Part shown: positions 36,006 to 45,440 of the stretch, one piece after another
Position numbering within the stretch: the first letter of the stretch is position 1
How the letters are laid out: each line of letters opens with the position of its first letter
Assembly (NCBI GenBank): GCA_963663035.1
Contig: OY760074.1
Location: 1,120,001-1,184,000, forward strand
Source of the DNA: Acidobacteriota bacterium
GTDB lineage: Bacteria > Acidobacteriota > UBA6911 > RPQK01 > JADFOI01
Length of the DNA: 64,000 bases
Direction: 5' to 3'
Notes under the pieces: model-generated
Told to the model about the DNA's origin: nothing
The model's input: only the letters and a program-made list of their open reading frames with translations
The model's database searches: none
Translations under genes and position numbers: made by a program

Positions 36006-36017
36006 AATCCGGGCTAG
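35991..36017. repeat. Collapsed MITE family A remnant (two arms fused at ATGCAT)
   Basis: GCCCGGATAATGCATAATCCGGGCTAG, matching the arm sequence of copy 6. Confidence 0.65.
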
Positions 36018-36091
36018 CTTTTAGTTTACGAAATATGCTGAGTGAGAGGAAGTAAGCGGTGTTGACCTGCCCCCACGAACGAGTCCACCCT

Positions 36092-36997
36092 CTATGCTAG
36101 ACCCGGGACCATTTGAAGTCCACTCCAAGGGATTGGATCCAGTGCCTGCGACCTAGGTAGTTTGGCCTCTGGCGCCGGCGGCCGATAGGCCAAGGCGCTG
36201 TGAGGCCGGATCTGATTGTAATCCCTCCGCCAGCGTTCTACCAACACCTTGGCTTCCCCCAGCGTGTCGAAGATCTCCATGTTCAGCAGCTCATCCCGTA
36301 GTTTCCCGTTGAAACTCTCAATGTACCCATTCTCCCAGGGGCTGCCCGGCTCGATGTACAAGGTCCTTACCCCAACAGCCTGCAGCCAGTCCCGGACCGC
36401 CTGTGCCGTAAACTCCGATCCGTTATCGGACCGGATAAACTCAGGCACTCCCCGATCAACGAATAACTCCGCCAGCCGGTCCAACACGTCTTGGTGATTC
36501 ATCTGCCGTTTCACATCAATGGCGAGGCACTCTCTGGTGTACTCATCCAGGATCGTCAATAGCCGAAAGGCTCGCCCATCATGGGTCCGTTCATGCACGA
36601 AATCATAGCTCCAGACGTGGTTCTTGCGAGCCGCTCGTAACCGAACACAGGAACCGTCATTAAGCCACAGCCTCCTTCGTTTCGGCTGTCTGGACGGGAC
36701 TTTCAGCCCTTCTTGTCTCCACAGCCTCTCCACCCGCTTAGGATTCACCTTCCACCCTTCCCCATGAAGTATCGCCGTGACCCGCCGGTAGCCATAACGC
36801 CCGTATTGCGTAGCCAACTCCACCATCCGGGCCACCAATCGGGCCTCATCATCGGGAATTTGCCTTTCCCTTCGCTGGGTCGATCGAACCTGTCCCAGCA
36901 CTTGGCAGGCCCGACGTTCGGAGACTCGCTCTGCTCCTAATCGCTCTCGTACCCACATCACCGCTCGTCTCCTGTTCGCCGGGCCTAGAAGTTTCCC
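36092..36997 (-). CDS. IS3 transposase OrfB (DDE integrase core), fused to OrfA by a -1 frameshift
   Basis: [18 protein letters not shown] and [11 protein letters not shown] motifs; slippery G_GGA_AAC at 36991-36997. Confidence 0.93.
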   Translation of the reverse strand, partial: GKLLGPANRRRAVMWVRERLGAERVSERRACQVLGQVRSTQRRERQIPDDEARLVARMVELATQYGRYGYRRVTAILHGEGWKVNPKRVERLWRQEGLKVPSRQPKRRRLWLNDGSCVRLRAARKNHVWSYDFVHERTHDGRAFRLLTILDEYTRECLAIDVKRQMNHQDVLDRLAELFVDRGVPEFIRSDNGSEFTAQAVRDWLQAVGVRTLYIEPGSPWENGYIESFNGKLRDELLNMEIFDTLGEAKVLVERWRRDYNQIRPHSALAYRPPAPEAKLPRSQALDPIPWSGLQMVPGLA

Positions 36998-37263
36998 GAG
37001 GACACTTCCTTCAGGATCTGCTTGTCCAAAGACAGATCCGCCACCAGCTTCTTCAACCGGGTATTCTCCTTCTCCAACACCTTCAACCTCTTGGCCTGGT
37101 CCAACCGGAGCCCTCCGTACTCTTTGCGCCACCGGTAGTAGGTCTGCTCGCTCACCCCCATCTGCTTCGACACCTGTCCCACCCTCTGTCCTTGGGCCAG
37201 ACCCACCTCTGCCTCACGCAGCTTCATGATGATCTGTTCTGCCCTAAACCGCTTCCCTGCCAT
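36985..37263 (-). CDS. IS3 transposase OrfA (HTH)
   Basis: [16 protein letters not shown] and [15 protein letters not shown] motifs. Confidence 0.93.
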   Translation of the reverse strand: MAGKRFRAEQIIMKLREAEVGLAQGQRVGQVSKQMGVSEQTYYRWRKEYGGLRLDQAKRLKVLEKENTRLKKLVADLSLDKQILKEVSSGNF

Positions 37264-37332
37264 CCTTGCCTCCTTCCTAAACCGGAAATCCTAACATTCA
37301 AACTGGACTCGTTTTAGGGGGCAAGGTCAGTG

Positions 37333-37809
37333 TCACAGGGGAAGGGAACTGCTGTCGGCGGCTCCAGCCGTGGATGTGCGGATGACGCCGGTGTGATCAA
37401 TGTAAAACCACCTGGATCCCGTCTGTCCCGGAACGTCAGGTCTTGCCGTTCCCCACCAGGTATAGCGAGAGTTAGCAGGATTGTCCAGGCTGAAATTGTA
37501 GCCATGGCTATCAGCTGCGCCGCGACCGTCGATGAGCCCTTCGTCAAAGAGCTGACCATCCGCGTCGGCATAGCTACCATGCCGGGTGTAATAGAGTTCT
37601 TGGGCGGCAGTCCAGCTTCGCATGTAGGTGATGGCGACTTTCTCGTTGGCCGCATTCTTGGATCGCACAAGGTTTGGAATCGAGAGAGCAGCAATGATGC
37701 CGATGACGGCTACCACGATTAGGAGTTCGATGAGGGTAAACCCCGGACTCCGGACCGGCAAGGCGGCAGGCTGTTTGCCAGCTGTCCTACTGAGTACAAA
37801 AGCTTTCAT
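37333..37809 (-). CDS. Type IV pilin-like prepilin (N-terminal cleavage/methylation domain)
   Basis: G|FTLIELLIVVAVIGIIAA..IP motif; C-terminal G.TG.R.FY.D.TGVIR. Confidence 0.9.
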   Translation of the reverse strand: MKAFVLSRTAGKQPAALPVRSPGFTLIELLIVVAVIGIIAALSIPNLVRSKNAANEKVAITYMRSWTAAQELYYTRHGSYADADGQLFDEGLIDGRGAADSHGYNFSLDNPANSRYTWWGTARPDVPGQTGSRWFYIDHTGVIRTSTAGAADSSSLPL

Positions 37810-37946
37810 TATCTTCACAAAGTAGTTTAACATTAGAAAGTGATAGTGTGCTCCAATCAGGGGATTCGCCGATCATCATGTCTGTTGCTGGAACTGGATC
37901 TCGGGCGTCCATACCCCTTCCTGTAACTGCCCACACCATGTGAAGA

Positions 37947-37962
37947 AGCACAAAGCGTGCCA
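37947..37962 (-). promoter_or_regulatory. Sigma-54 promoter upstream of the pilin gene
   Basis: The minus strand reads TGGCACGCTTTGTGCT (GG-N10-GC). Pilin genes are commonly RpoN-dependent. Confidence 0.65.
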
Positions 37963-38128
37963 GAAAGCCAGGTGTTGCTGTTAAGTTTAAATATATCAAT
38001 AGTTTAAAGGTAGAGGAGGAGCCGTGACCAGGGCTATTGAAAAGCTATGTCTTGCCACTCCCCGACGCCAAAAGTGCCGGATTTTGTCATGAGCAGGTCC
38101 TGCCTCTAATGCTTGCACTGGAATCTGA

Positions 38129-38494
38129 ATGAGACTTCTCTTTGTCCTTTCGGCAGGGCTGCTCTTGCCGGTGATCATTCTCTGGAGCTTGAGTAGCTCC
38201 TCCCTTGAGATGTCCCTGGAATGGGAGCTGGCCGTGATCAATGCCGGGGAACAGGTGCCTTCTGACCACCCAACGGTGTCTGAGTTTCGGATACTCCTGG
38301 ATCGCCTTGAGAAGAAGAGCTCCAATCCCAGACGTGAGATAGGGGATATTTGCATCACGGCGTACTTGTGGAGGAAAGAGAGGGGCAGCTTTGAGACACT
38401 GCTGGAGTTTACAGAAGTGGTTGATCGAGCGATCCCCGCAGATCTGGCCATGGAGATGGACCTCAAGCAGCTCGTACAAGCGATGCTGGAGTAA
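38129..38494 (+). CDS. Hypothetical protein with an N-terminal TM/signal segment
   Basis: 121-aa ORF filling the gap, with a hydrophobic N-terminus. Confidence 0.55.
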   Translation: MRLLFVLSAGLLLPVIILWSLSSSSLEMSLEWELAVINAGEQVPSDHPTVSEFRILLDRLEKKSSNPRREIGDICITAYLWRKERGSFETLLEFTEVVDRAIPADLAMEMDLKQLVQAMLE

Positions 38495-38705
38495 TAGCCC
38501 GCACTTCTCACACCCGCTCTACTGCAGCGCCGCAATGATCCGCCCTGACTGCGTTGCACGACCCGCAAGCGGGTACCCCTCGGCTCCTCAACGTATTCAA
38601 GAATACGTTTGCGGGGGTCGACCCGCACGCGGGTACCCCTCACGCGCCTTGTCAGGCCGGCCCTTCCGCCGCTTCGCGACGAGCTGGTGTGAGAAATGCG
38701 GGCTA
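38495..38705 (+). mobile_element. MITE family A copy 5 (variant arms)
   Basis: Arms TAGCCCGCACTTCTCACACC / GGTGTGAGAAATGCGGGCTA; same body. Confidence 0.85.
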
Positions 38706-38740
38706 GGAGTGGCCTCAGGCCGCGAAGAGGTGTCTAACTC

Positions 38741-41038
38741 TTACTTCATGCAGACGGAACGTACCTGGCGAATGTCAGTGTAGCCCTTGAAAACTTTCAT
38801 GATGCCATCCTGCTTGAGGGTAGTCATCCCGTCAGCTCGGGCCTGTGCCCGAATCTCCAGCATGGGGCTTTTCTGCTGAATCATGTGCTTGATTTCGTCG
38901 GTACCCTCCAGCAACTCGTGAATTGCGATACGACCGCGGTAACCACAGTCGTTGCATACCCCACAACCTTTGGCACGATAAAGGGTCAGATCCTTGGTGA
39001 GCTGGAGACCGGTCTTTTCGAAGTCCTCCAGCCCATACTCGGTGGCCAGACTTTGAAACTCGTCCTGCAATGGGTGGTAGGCTTCCTTGCATTCTGTACA
39101 CAGGATTCGCGCCAGACGCTGGGCCATGATTCCCAGCAAGGCATCGGCGAAGTTGAAGGGATCCATACCCATATCCAGCAAGCGGATGATGGTTTCTGGC
39201 GCACTGTTGGTATGGAGGGTACTGAGGACCAGATGACCGGTGAGAGAAGCCTCGATTCCAATCTCACAAGTCTCTTCGTCGCGCATCTCACCCACCATGA
39301 TTACATCGGGGTCAGCACGGAGAAAGGCCCTCATGGCTCGAGCAAAAGTAAAACCGATTTTCGGTTGCACCTGAACCTGGCGAAGGCCGACCTGTGTGAT
39401 TTCCACCGGGTCCTCGGCAGTCCAGATCTTGCGTTCGGGCGTATTGATGAACTTCAAACCCGAGTGCAGGGTAGTGGTTTTGCCCGATCCGGTTGGCCCC
39501 ACCACCAGGACAATTCCGTAGGGCAACTGGACGATCCGTTCGAAAAGCTCCTTATTTCGCTCGCTGAAGTTCATTTTTTCCAGCGAAATGGGTTCTCCTG
39601 AACCCAAAATACGCATGACAACATCTTCGAGTCCGCCCGTAGTGGGCAGTGTGGCGACACGAAGCTCGATGTCTCTGCCCCCGTATTTCTTGAATTGTAT
39701 TTTGCCATCCTGGGGCAATCTTCTTTCTGTGATGTCCAGGTCGGACATGATCTTGATTCTGGACACGAGAGCCTTTTTGAACTGGTAGGGGACGGTCTGG
39801 TAGCGGGAACAGGTGCCATCAATTCGGAAGCGGATATCCATGGGCCTGCGGCCCGGATAGGGTTCCAGGTGAATATCAGAAACTCGCTGGTTGTAGCCGT
39901 CGTTGATAATCTTGTTGGCCAACTGGGCAATGGCGCTGTCACTTTCGGAATATTCTTCACTCTCATCCTCTGCTGCTTCGTCACTATCCAGCTGGGCCAT
40001 GATGTCTTCCATGGAGCCCTCGTCGACCGGCCCTCCAAAGAAGTATTCAACGAACTTGAGAATGTCCTCTTTCAGCCCAACGCAGTACTCAATTTGGGTG
40101 GTCTTGAGCAAGGTCTGCGCCATGTCTCGTTTGGCCAGATGGTTCACGTCATCCATCAGGACACTGACGCTGCCGTCCTTGTTTTTTCCCAGCGGGACCC
40201 AGAAATTGGTGCGCAGGTAGGTTTTCTTCAAGTTCTGGAGTAACTCACCCGGGATGGGGAGTTTGTCATCAAATTTGAGAAACCGGCATTTGTAAAATTC
40301 ACTCAGGGCCGCACCGATGTTGTCCTTACTGACCCTGAAATTCTTCATCAGGATCTGTTCCACATCTTGTCCTGACTGGCGTGCCTTGGTGATCGTTTTA
40401 TCGAGCTCCTCCTGGGTCACCAGGCCCTTGCTGGTCAGGTAATCAAAGCGGGTGGGGCGCCGACGGGCTAACCGCTGTTGGGTTTGAAATGCAATCGCCA
40501 GAATCTTGGCGATCTCCTGAGCAGAAGTCTCGTCATCCCGTGTGAACTTGGACCCGTCCTTGCGGTTGATGAGCTGCAAAACGCCCAAGATGTTGCTTTC
40601 CAATTGAATCGGTGCAGCCAGAATCTGGGTTGTGCGATAGCCGCTCTGGGTATCAAAGCTCTTGTCGAACTTCAGATCGGGGTGGATGGCCTGGACCTCC
40701 GCATCAGCGTAGGCGTCAGCAATATTGAGGATTGTTCCAGTCAAGGCCGTGTAGCCGGCAATGCTGGCGGCACTGATGGGGACTCTTATTTCACTCAGTT
40801 CAGTTCCGACCTTAAAACGTGAAAAGAGCTCCTTTGAGGTATTATCAATGACGTAGATTGTGATCCGGTCCGACTTGAAAAGGAAGAGGATGCGGTCCTT
40901 GAGGTCAATGAGAATCGAGTCGAGATTCTCAGCTGCGTTGATCTCGTTGGTGATTTCTTGCAGAGACTGGCGATATGCCAGTTGGGCCTTTAACTCCTTG
41001 ACATCTGTAGCGCCCTTTTCAGCGTATTGAAAAGCCAT
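38741..41038 (-). CDS. pilB: PilB/GspE-family assembly ATPase with an N-terminal GAF domain
   Basis: SDIHLEP, ERRLPQDG, GPTGSGKTT, EDPVE, DPDVIMVGEMRD, CxxC..CxxC; GAF motif D..SGYRT..IL..PI.....GVLQLINRK. Confidence 0.9.
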   Translation of the reverse strand: MAFQYAEKGATDVKELKAQLAYRQSLQEITNEINAAENLDSILIDLKDRILFLFKSDRITIYVIDNTSKELFSRFKVGTELSEIRVPISAASIAGYTALTGTILNIADAYADAEVQAIHPDLKFDKSFDTQSGYRTTQILAAPIQLESNILGVLQLINRKDGSKFTRDDETSAQEIAKILAIAFQTQQRLARRRPTRFDYLTSKGLVTQEELDKTITKARQSGQDVEQILMKNFRVSKDNIGAALSEFYKCRFLKFDDKLPIPGELLQNLKKTYLRTNFWVPLGKNKDGSVSVLMDDVNHLAKRDMAQTLLKTTQIEYCVGLKEDILKFVEYFFGGPVDEGSMEDIMAQLDSDEAAEDESEEYSESDSAIAQLANKIINDGYNQRVSDIHLEPYPGRRPMDIRFRIDGTCSRYQTVPYQFKKALVSRIKIMSDLDITERRLPQDGKIQFKKYGGRDIELRVATLPTTGGLEDVVMRILGSGEPISLEKMNFSERNKELFERIVQLPYGIVLVVGPTGSGKTTTLHSGLKFINTPERKIWTAEDPVEITQVGLRQVQVQPKIGFTFARAMRAFLRADPDVIMVGEMRDEETCEIGIEASLTGHLVLSTLHTNSAPETIIRLLDMGMDPFNFADALLGIMAQRLARILCTECKEAYHPLQDEFQSLATEYGLEDFEKTGLQLTKDLTLYRAKGCGVCNDCGYRGRIAIHELLEGTDEIKHMIQQKSPMLEIRAQARADGMTTLKQDGIMKVFKGYTDIRQVRSVCMK

Positions 41039-41200
41039 GTTCGGACACACCTTAGGCGGTGAAGGGGCCCCTTGAAGACGCCCTGACAGTCACCATTCCC
41101 CTTATGACCTACTTTAGCGTTTTCTCTCGTTAAGGGTCAAGCTACCTGGGAGGAGCATACCAGAGGTGCCGATGCAGTAGAGCGGTGTGAGGAGTACGGG

Positions 41201-42328
41201 CTAGTGGTGGCCCATAATGTCCCTGCGCATGCGAAAGTCGGGCTTTTTCCCTTCCCCCTTGCCGCGCTTCAAATCGGCGGCCTGAATACGCAATCGCAGG
41301 TTATTGGCACTGTCGGCGTTGGCCAAAGCCGAGTCGACATCGATTTTCCCGCTCATGTAGAGATTGAAGACGGCCGTGTCAAAGGGCTGGCAACCCTCTT
41401 GTTCTCCCTGTTCTATGGCTTCCTTGAGCATCTCGATTTGGCCCTTTCTGATCAAGTCCTTGATTCGAGGTGTATCCAGCAAAATTTCAACGGCCGGAAG
41501 CCGCGTACCGTCGTGAGTTTTGATCAGCCGCTGGGACAGAATCGCCCGGAGATTCAGGGAAAGCTGCAGATAAATCTGGCGATGCCGCTCCTCATCAAAG
41601 AAGTTCAGGATGCGTTCAATGGCCTGGCTGGCGTTGTTGGAGTGAAGAGTCGCCAGGCACAAATGACCGGTCTCGGAGAAAGAAATGGCGGCTTCCATCG
41701 TCTCCAAATCACGTATTTCACCGATCAGAATCACGTCCGGTGCCTGCCGCAAAGTGTTCTTCAGAGCGGCCTGGAAAGAAATCGTATCGTAGCCGACTTC
41801 GCGCTGGGTGATGACACACTGCTTGTGAGAATGGAGAAACTCCACTGGATCTTCAATGGAGATGATGTGGCCGGCCGAGGTGGAATTACGATGATCGATC
41901 ATCGCTGCCAGCGTGCTGGATTTACCGCAGCCCGTGGCACCCACCACCAGGAGGAGGCCACGCTTGCTCATGACGATGTCCTGTAGAATCGTGGGTAAGT
42001 TGAGATGCTCAATGTTCATGATCTCAAATTTGATCTGTCGGATGACCAATCCCGGGCTGCCTCGCTGCTGAAAGACATTGACGCGAAAGCGACCCAGGTC
42101 TTCGTAGCCCAGAGCAAGGTTCATCTCCCTGGTATCGGCGAACATTTTCTTTTGCCTCTCATCCATGATCGACTGGCACAGGACTGCCAGTTCTTCCCGG
42201 GTGAGTACTTGGCCGCTCCCAGAATAAATCGTTCCCTCGATCCGAAACATGGCGGGGAGACCCACGGTCAGATAGATATCCGAAGCGTCCTTGGTCACCA
42301 TCTCTGATAAGAAATCACGAATCTGCAT
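41201..42328 (-). CDS. pilU: Type IV pilus retraction ATPase PilU
   Basis: ASDIYLT, GATGCGKS, TQREVG.DT, LRQAPDVILIGEIRD and NADSANNLRL motifs. Confidence 0.9.
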   Translation of the reverse strand: MQIRDFLSEMVTKDASDIYLTVGLPAMFRIEGTIYSGSGQVLTREELAVLCQSIMDERQKKMFADTREMNLALGYEDLGRFRVNVFQQRGSPGLVIRQIKFEIMNIEHLNLPTILQDIVMSKRGLLLVVGATGCGKSSTLAAMIDHRNSTSAGHIISIEDPVEFLHSHKQCVITQREVGYDTISFQAALKNTLRQAPDVILIGEIRDLETMEAAISFSETGHLCLATLHSNNASQAIERILNFFDEERHRQIYLQLSLNLRAILSQRLIKTHDGTRLPAVEILLDTPRIKDLIRKGQIEMLKEAIEQGEQEGCQPFDTAVFNLYMSGKIDVDSALANADSANNLRLRIQAADLKRGKGEGKKPDFRMRRDIMGHH

Positions 42329-42337
42329 GGCTTTCCC

Positions 42338-43390
42338 TTATGCTGTGGCCTCAGCTGGACTGAAGAGGTTTGGATTTCCACTCTTCGCCTGAGCATCTTC
42401 TCTCTTGATCTGGCCTCGATTAACCAACTCCTGCAGGGCAGCGTCCATGGTCTGCATGCCGTCTTTTTTCCCGGTCTGCATGGCTGATGGGATCTGATGT
42501 ACTTTTGCCTCGCGGATCAGATGTCGAATGGGAGGCGTCCCCACCATGATTTCCAGTGCAGCCACCCGACCCGAACCCACTTTCTTACACAGCGTCTGGG
42601 TGATGACGGCCTGCAGGGACTCTGCTAACTGGGTGCGGATCTGAGCTTGCTGACCAGACGGAAAGACGTCAATAATACGGTCAATCGTTTGGGGGGCGCC
42701 GGAGGAGTGGAGTGTTCCAAAAACCAGGTGACCCGTTTCAGCCGCCGTGACGGCCAGCTGGATGGTTTCCAGATCGCGCATCTCACCCACCAGAATGTAA
42801 TCAGGATCTTCGCGGAAAGCGCTGCGCAGCGCATTGGCAAAGGAATGGGTGTGAATCCCCAGTTCCCGCTGATGGACCAGACACTTTTTGGACGAGTGCA
42901 CAAATTCAATGGGATCTTCAATGGTCACAAGGTGACCCTCTTTAATATTGTTGATGTGGTCGACCATGCCCGCCAGGGTGGTCGATTTTCCACTCCCTGT
43001 GGGACCGGTCACCAGAATCAGCCCCTTCTCGTTGTCGCACATTTTCTTCAGGATTGGGGGCAGACCCAGTTGGTCCAGGGACAAGATCGTGGTGGGAATG
43101 GTTCGAAAGGCTGCCGCCTTCCCTCGGCGCTGCAGGAACGCATTGACACGAAAACGGTTGGTCCCCATCTCAAATGCAAAGTCCAGCTCGTTGAGCTCTT
43201 CGAAGTCCTTTCGCTGCTTGTCATTCATGATGTCGTAGATCATCCTGTGGACATCGTCAGGGCTAAGCGCGGGATGATCCAGCCTTTTCAAGTCACCGTG
43301 AATGCGGAGGATAGGAGGTTCTCCGCTACTGACGTGGATGTCGGAAGATTCCTCTGTAACCGCAAATCGAAGCAGTTCAGTGATGTCCAT
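42338..43390 (-). CDS. pilT: Type IV pilus retraction ATPase PilT
   Basis: MDITELL.F, GPTGSGKSTT, REDPD.ILVGEMRDLET, PIRHLIRE (AIRNLIRE-like) and GMQTMD. Confidence 0.95.
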   Translation of the reverse strand: MDITELLRFAVTEESSDIHVSSGEPPILRIHGDLKRLDHPALSPDDVHRMIYDIMNDKQRKDFEELNELDFAFEMGTNRFRVNAFLQRRGKAAAFRTIPTTILSLDQLGLPPILKKMCDNEKGLILVTGPTGSGKSTTLAGMVDHINNIKEGHLVTIEDPIEFVHSSKKCLVHQRELGIHTHSFANALRSAFREDPDYILVGEMRDLETIQLAVTAAETGHLVFGTLHSSGAPQTIDRIIDVFPSGQQAQIRTQLAESLQAVITQTLCKKVGSGRVAALEIMVGTPPIRHLIREAKVHQIPSAMQTGKKDGMQTMDAALQELVNRGQIKREDAQAKSGNPNLFSPAEATA

Positions 43391-43405
43391 TCTCTAGTTC
43401 CTTCC

Positions 43406-43618
43406 TAGCCCGGATTATGCATAGGTTTTCGTAGCGAGGCGCCGAAAACGCCGCTCTGACAAGGCGCGCGAGGGGTACCCGCCACGGGTCGGCCCCCGCA
43501 AACGTACTCTTGAGTACGTTGAGGAGGCTGAGGGGTACCCGCTTGTGCGGGTCGCGCAACGCAGTCAGGGCGGATGTTTTGGGTGCCGCAGTAGAAAACA
43601 TATGCATAGTCCGGGCTA
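43406..43618 (-). mobile_element. MITE family A copy 6 (reverse orientation)
   Basis: Arms TAGCCCGGATTATGCATA / TATGCATAGTCCGGGCTA; the body is the reverse complement of the other copies. Confidence 0.85.
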
Positions 43619-43717
43619 AATGTCCCCTGCCAGGAATCGAGGGTAAAGTCTGGTTGCTGTTTTGGGATTTTCATAAGATGAAGATAATTCTAGACTACAA
43701 TATAGGCGTTGGGCTAT

Positions 43718-45154
43718 TCAACCTCGATGAGGGGTCACCGTGGAAAGCAGCATCCCGACTCCATAGGTAACTGTTGTCCCTATCAGAACATACCAGGTCC
43801 AGGCGATGCCCCCGATCCAGTGGACGGCTAGCATTGTCACAAGGCCTGCCGCCATACCTGCCAGGGCGGCGCCCTCACCAGTCCGGGTCCTGCGGAGTCC
43901 CAAAAGAAAGATCCCCAAAATACTCCCCATGGTGATGGTGGTGATGGTGAGTCCCACTTCCAGAACTTCACCCCAGTTGCGAGCCAGCATGGAGATCCCA
44001 ATCAGGACTGCTCCCCAGCCCAGGGTAAACAGCCGAGAAACTTTGAGATAGTAGGCCGGCGTGGCGTCCTGACTCAGGTAGTTCTTGTAAAAATCATTCA
44101 GGGAGGAGGAGGCCAGAGAATTGAGTGAGCTGCTCAGGGTGGACATTGCTGCTGCAAAGATGGCGGCAATAATCAGGCCCGACACCCCCGGAGGCATTTC
44201 CTGGACGATGAAAGTCGGGAAAATCCTGTCCACTTGTTCCAGCGGCTGATCCAAGGGGAAATGCTGGTAAAAGGCATAGAGCATCACTCCGATGATCAGA
44301 AAAAGCAGGAATTGGAAAAAGATCAGGACACCACTGAGGATCAGAGCCACCTGGCTGCCTCTTTTATTTCCGCAGGCAAGATAGCGTTGGACCATCATCT
44401 GGTCGGTGCCGTGAGTCGCAAAGGTCAGGAAGGCGCCTCCCAAAAGTCCGGCCCAGAAAGTATAGGTCACACCCAGATTGAAGGTGAAATCCAGAAACTG
44501 GAATTTCTGTAAGGGGGCGGCCAGGCTCACCACTTCAGGCCATCCGTTGGGAATGCGCGTCAGGATGATGAAGAAGGCCAGGATGGCTCCGCTGAGGTAG
44601 AGCAGGAGCTGGACGACATCGTTCCAGACCACCGCCCGCATTCCTCCGTAGAGCGTATAGGCAATGGTGACAGCTCCAATGATGATCACACTCCAGGTGT
44701 CTGAGATGTCCGTTACTACGGATAAGACCAGACCAGTAGCGAAAAGTCTGACCCCATCAGCAAGCGATCGACTGACCAGGAAAAGAAGTGCGGAAAAGCT
44801 TTGTACCTTTGGTCCGAATCGTACATTCAACACCTCATAGGCGGTCTGGATTTCCCCTTTGAAGTAGGAGGGGATGAGAAAGAAGCTCACCAGCAGTCGT
44901 CCAAAGAAGTAACCGAGAATCACCTGGAGAAAGGTGAGATTCCCGGTGTAGGCGATGGCTGGTGCGCCGATGAAGGTCAGGGTACTGGTTTCGGTCGCTA
45001 CGATGGAGAAGGAAATTGCCCACCAAGGCATTTTCCTGCTGGCCAGGAAATAGTCATTGATGTTTTTCTGTCCCCTCCCTAGCAGCGTCCCGAAAAGCAG
45101 GCTGGCGGTGAGATAGAGAAAGAGGACAGTGTAATCAAGAGCGGTGAATCCCAT
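43718..45154 (-). CDS. Sodium:solute symporter (SSS; amino-sugar/sialic-acid transporter-like)
   Basis: DYFLASRKMPWW...SIVATETS, GGMRAVVWND, GTDQMMVQRYL and AAAMST motifs. The true start is ATG 45154; the longer ORF runs into MITE B. Confidence 0.9.
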   Translation of the reverse strand: MGFTALDYTVLFLYLTASLLFGTLLGRGQKNINDYFLASRKMPWWAISFSIVATETSTLTFIGAPAIAYTGNLTFLQVILGYFFGRLLVSFFLIPSYFKGEIQTAYEVLNVRFGPKVQSFSALLFLVSRSLADGVRLFATGLVLSVVTDISDTWSVIIIGAVTIAYTLYGGMRAVVWNDVVQLLLYLSGAILAFFIILTRIPNGWPEVVSLAAPLQKFQFLDFTFNLGVTYTFWAGLLGGAFLTFATHGTDQMMVQRYLACGNKRGSQVALILSGVLIFFQFLLFLIIGVMLYAFYQHFPLDQPLEQVDRIFPTFIVQEMPPGVSGLIIAAIFAAAMSTLSSSLNSLASSSLNDFYKNYLSQDATPAYYLKVSRLFTLGWGAVLIGISMLARNWGEVLEVGLTITTITMGSILGIFLLGLRRTRTGEGAALAGMAAGLVTMLAVHWIGGIAWTWYVLIGTTVTYGVGMLLSTVTPHRG

Positions 45155-45163
45155 GTTCAGGCC

Positions 45164-45440
45164 TAGTGTCTCGTCCCATGAACAACATGACGTTTGTGGC
45201 GAGCGCGACGGCGTCGAGTTCGCGAAGCGACGACGACGCGATGTCTGTGTGCATCGCGGAGGAGGAGCGACAAAGAAATCGATGTCGTCCCGGCGCCACC
45301 CTTCGGGCTGATGGGTGTTGCGGGCGATCTCTGCGTCGCTCGTCGTCGCCGATGTCCCTGCATCATCTCCTCCTCGCTCCTTGATCTCCCCTCGCAAGCC
45401 CCATCAGCAAACATCATGCTATTCATGGGACGAGACACTA
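45164..45440 (+). mobile_element. MITE family B copy 1 (277 bp)
   Basis: ~33-bp terminal IRs beginning TAGTGTCTCGTCCCATGAA, TA at both ends, and a near-identical copy at 49112-49387. Confidence 0.85.

Larger units (their letters stand above)
36063..37329 (-). mobile_element. Complete IS3-family element (IS407-like, 1267 bp)
   Basis: TG...CA ends; IRs TGACCTGCCCCCACGAACGAGTCCA / TGGACTCGTTTTAGGGGGCAAGGTCA; 4-bp target duplication GTGT at 36059-36062 and 37330-37333. Confidence 0.95.

Noticed and set aside
38036-38058. Second sigma-54 site (TGGCAAGACATAGC on the minus strand)
   Set aside because: GG-to-GC spacing is 9 nt, not the required 10.
45155-45397. 81-aa N-terminal extension of the SSS transporter and the 72-91 aa ORFs in MITE B
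   Set aside because: Read-through into the MITE; the SSS family signature starts at ATG 45154.
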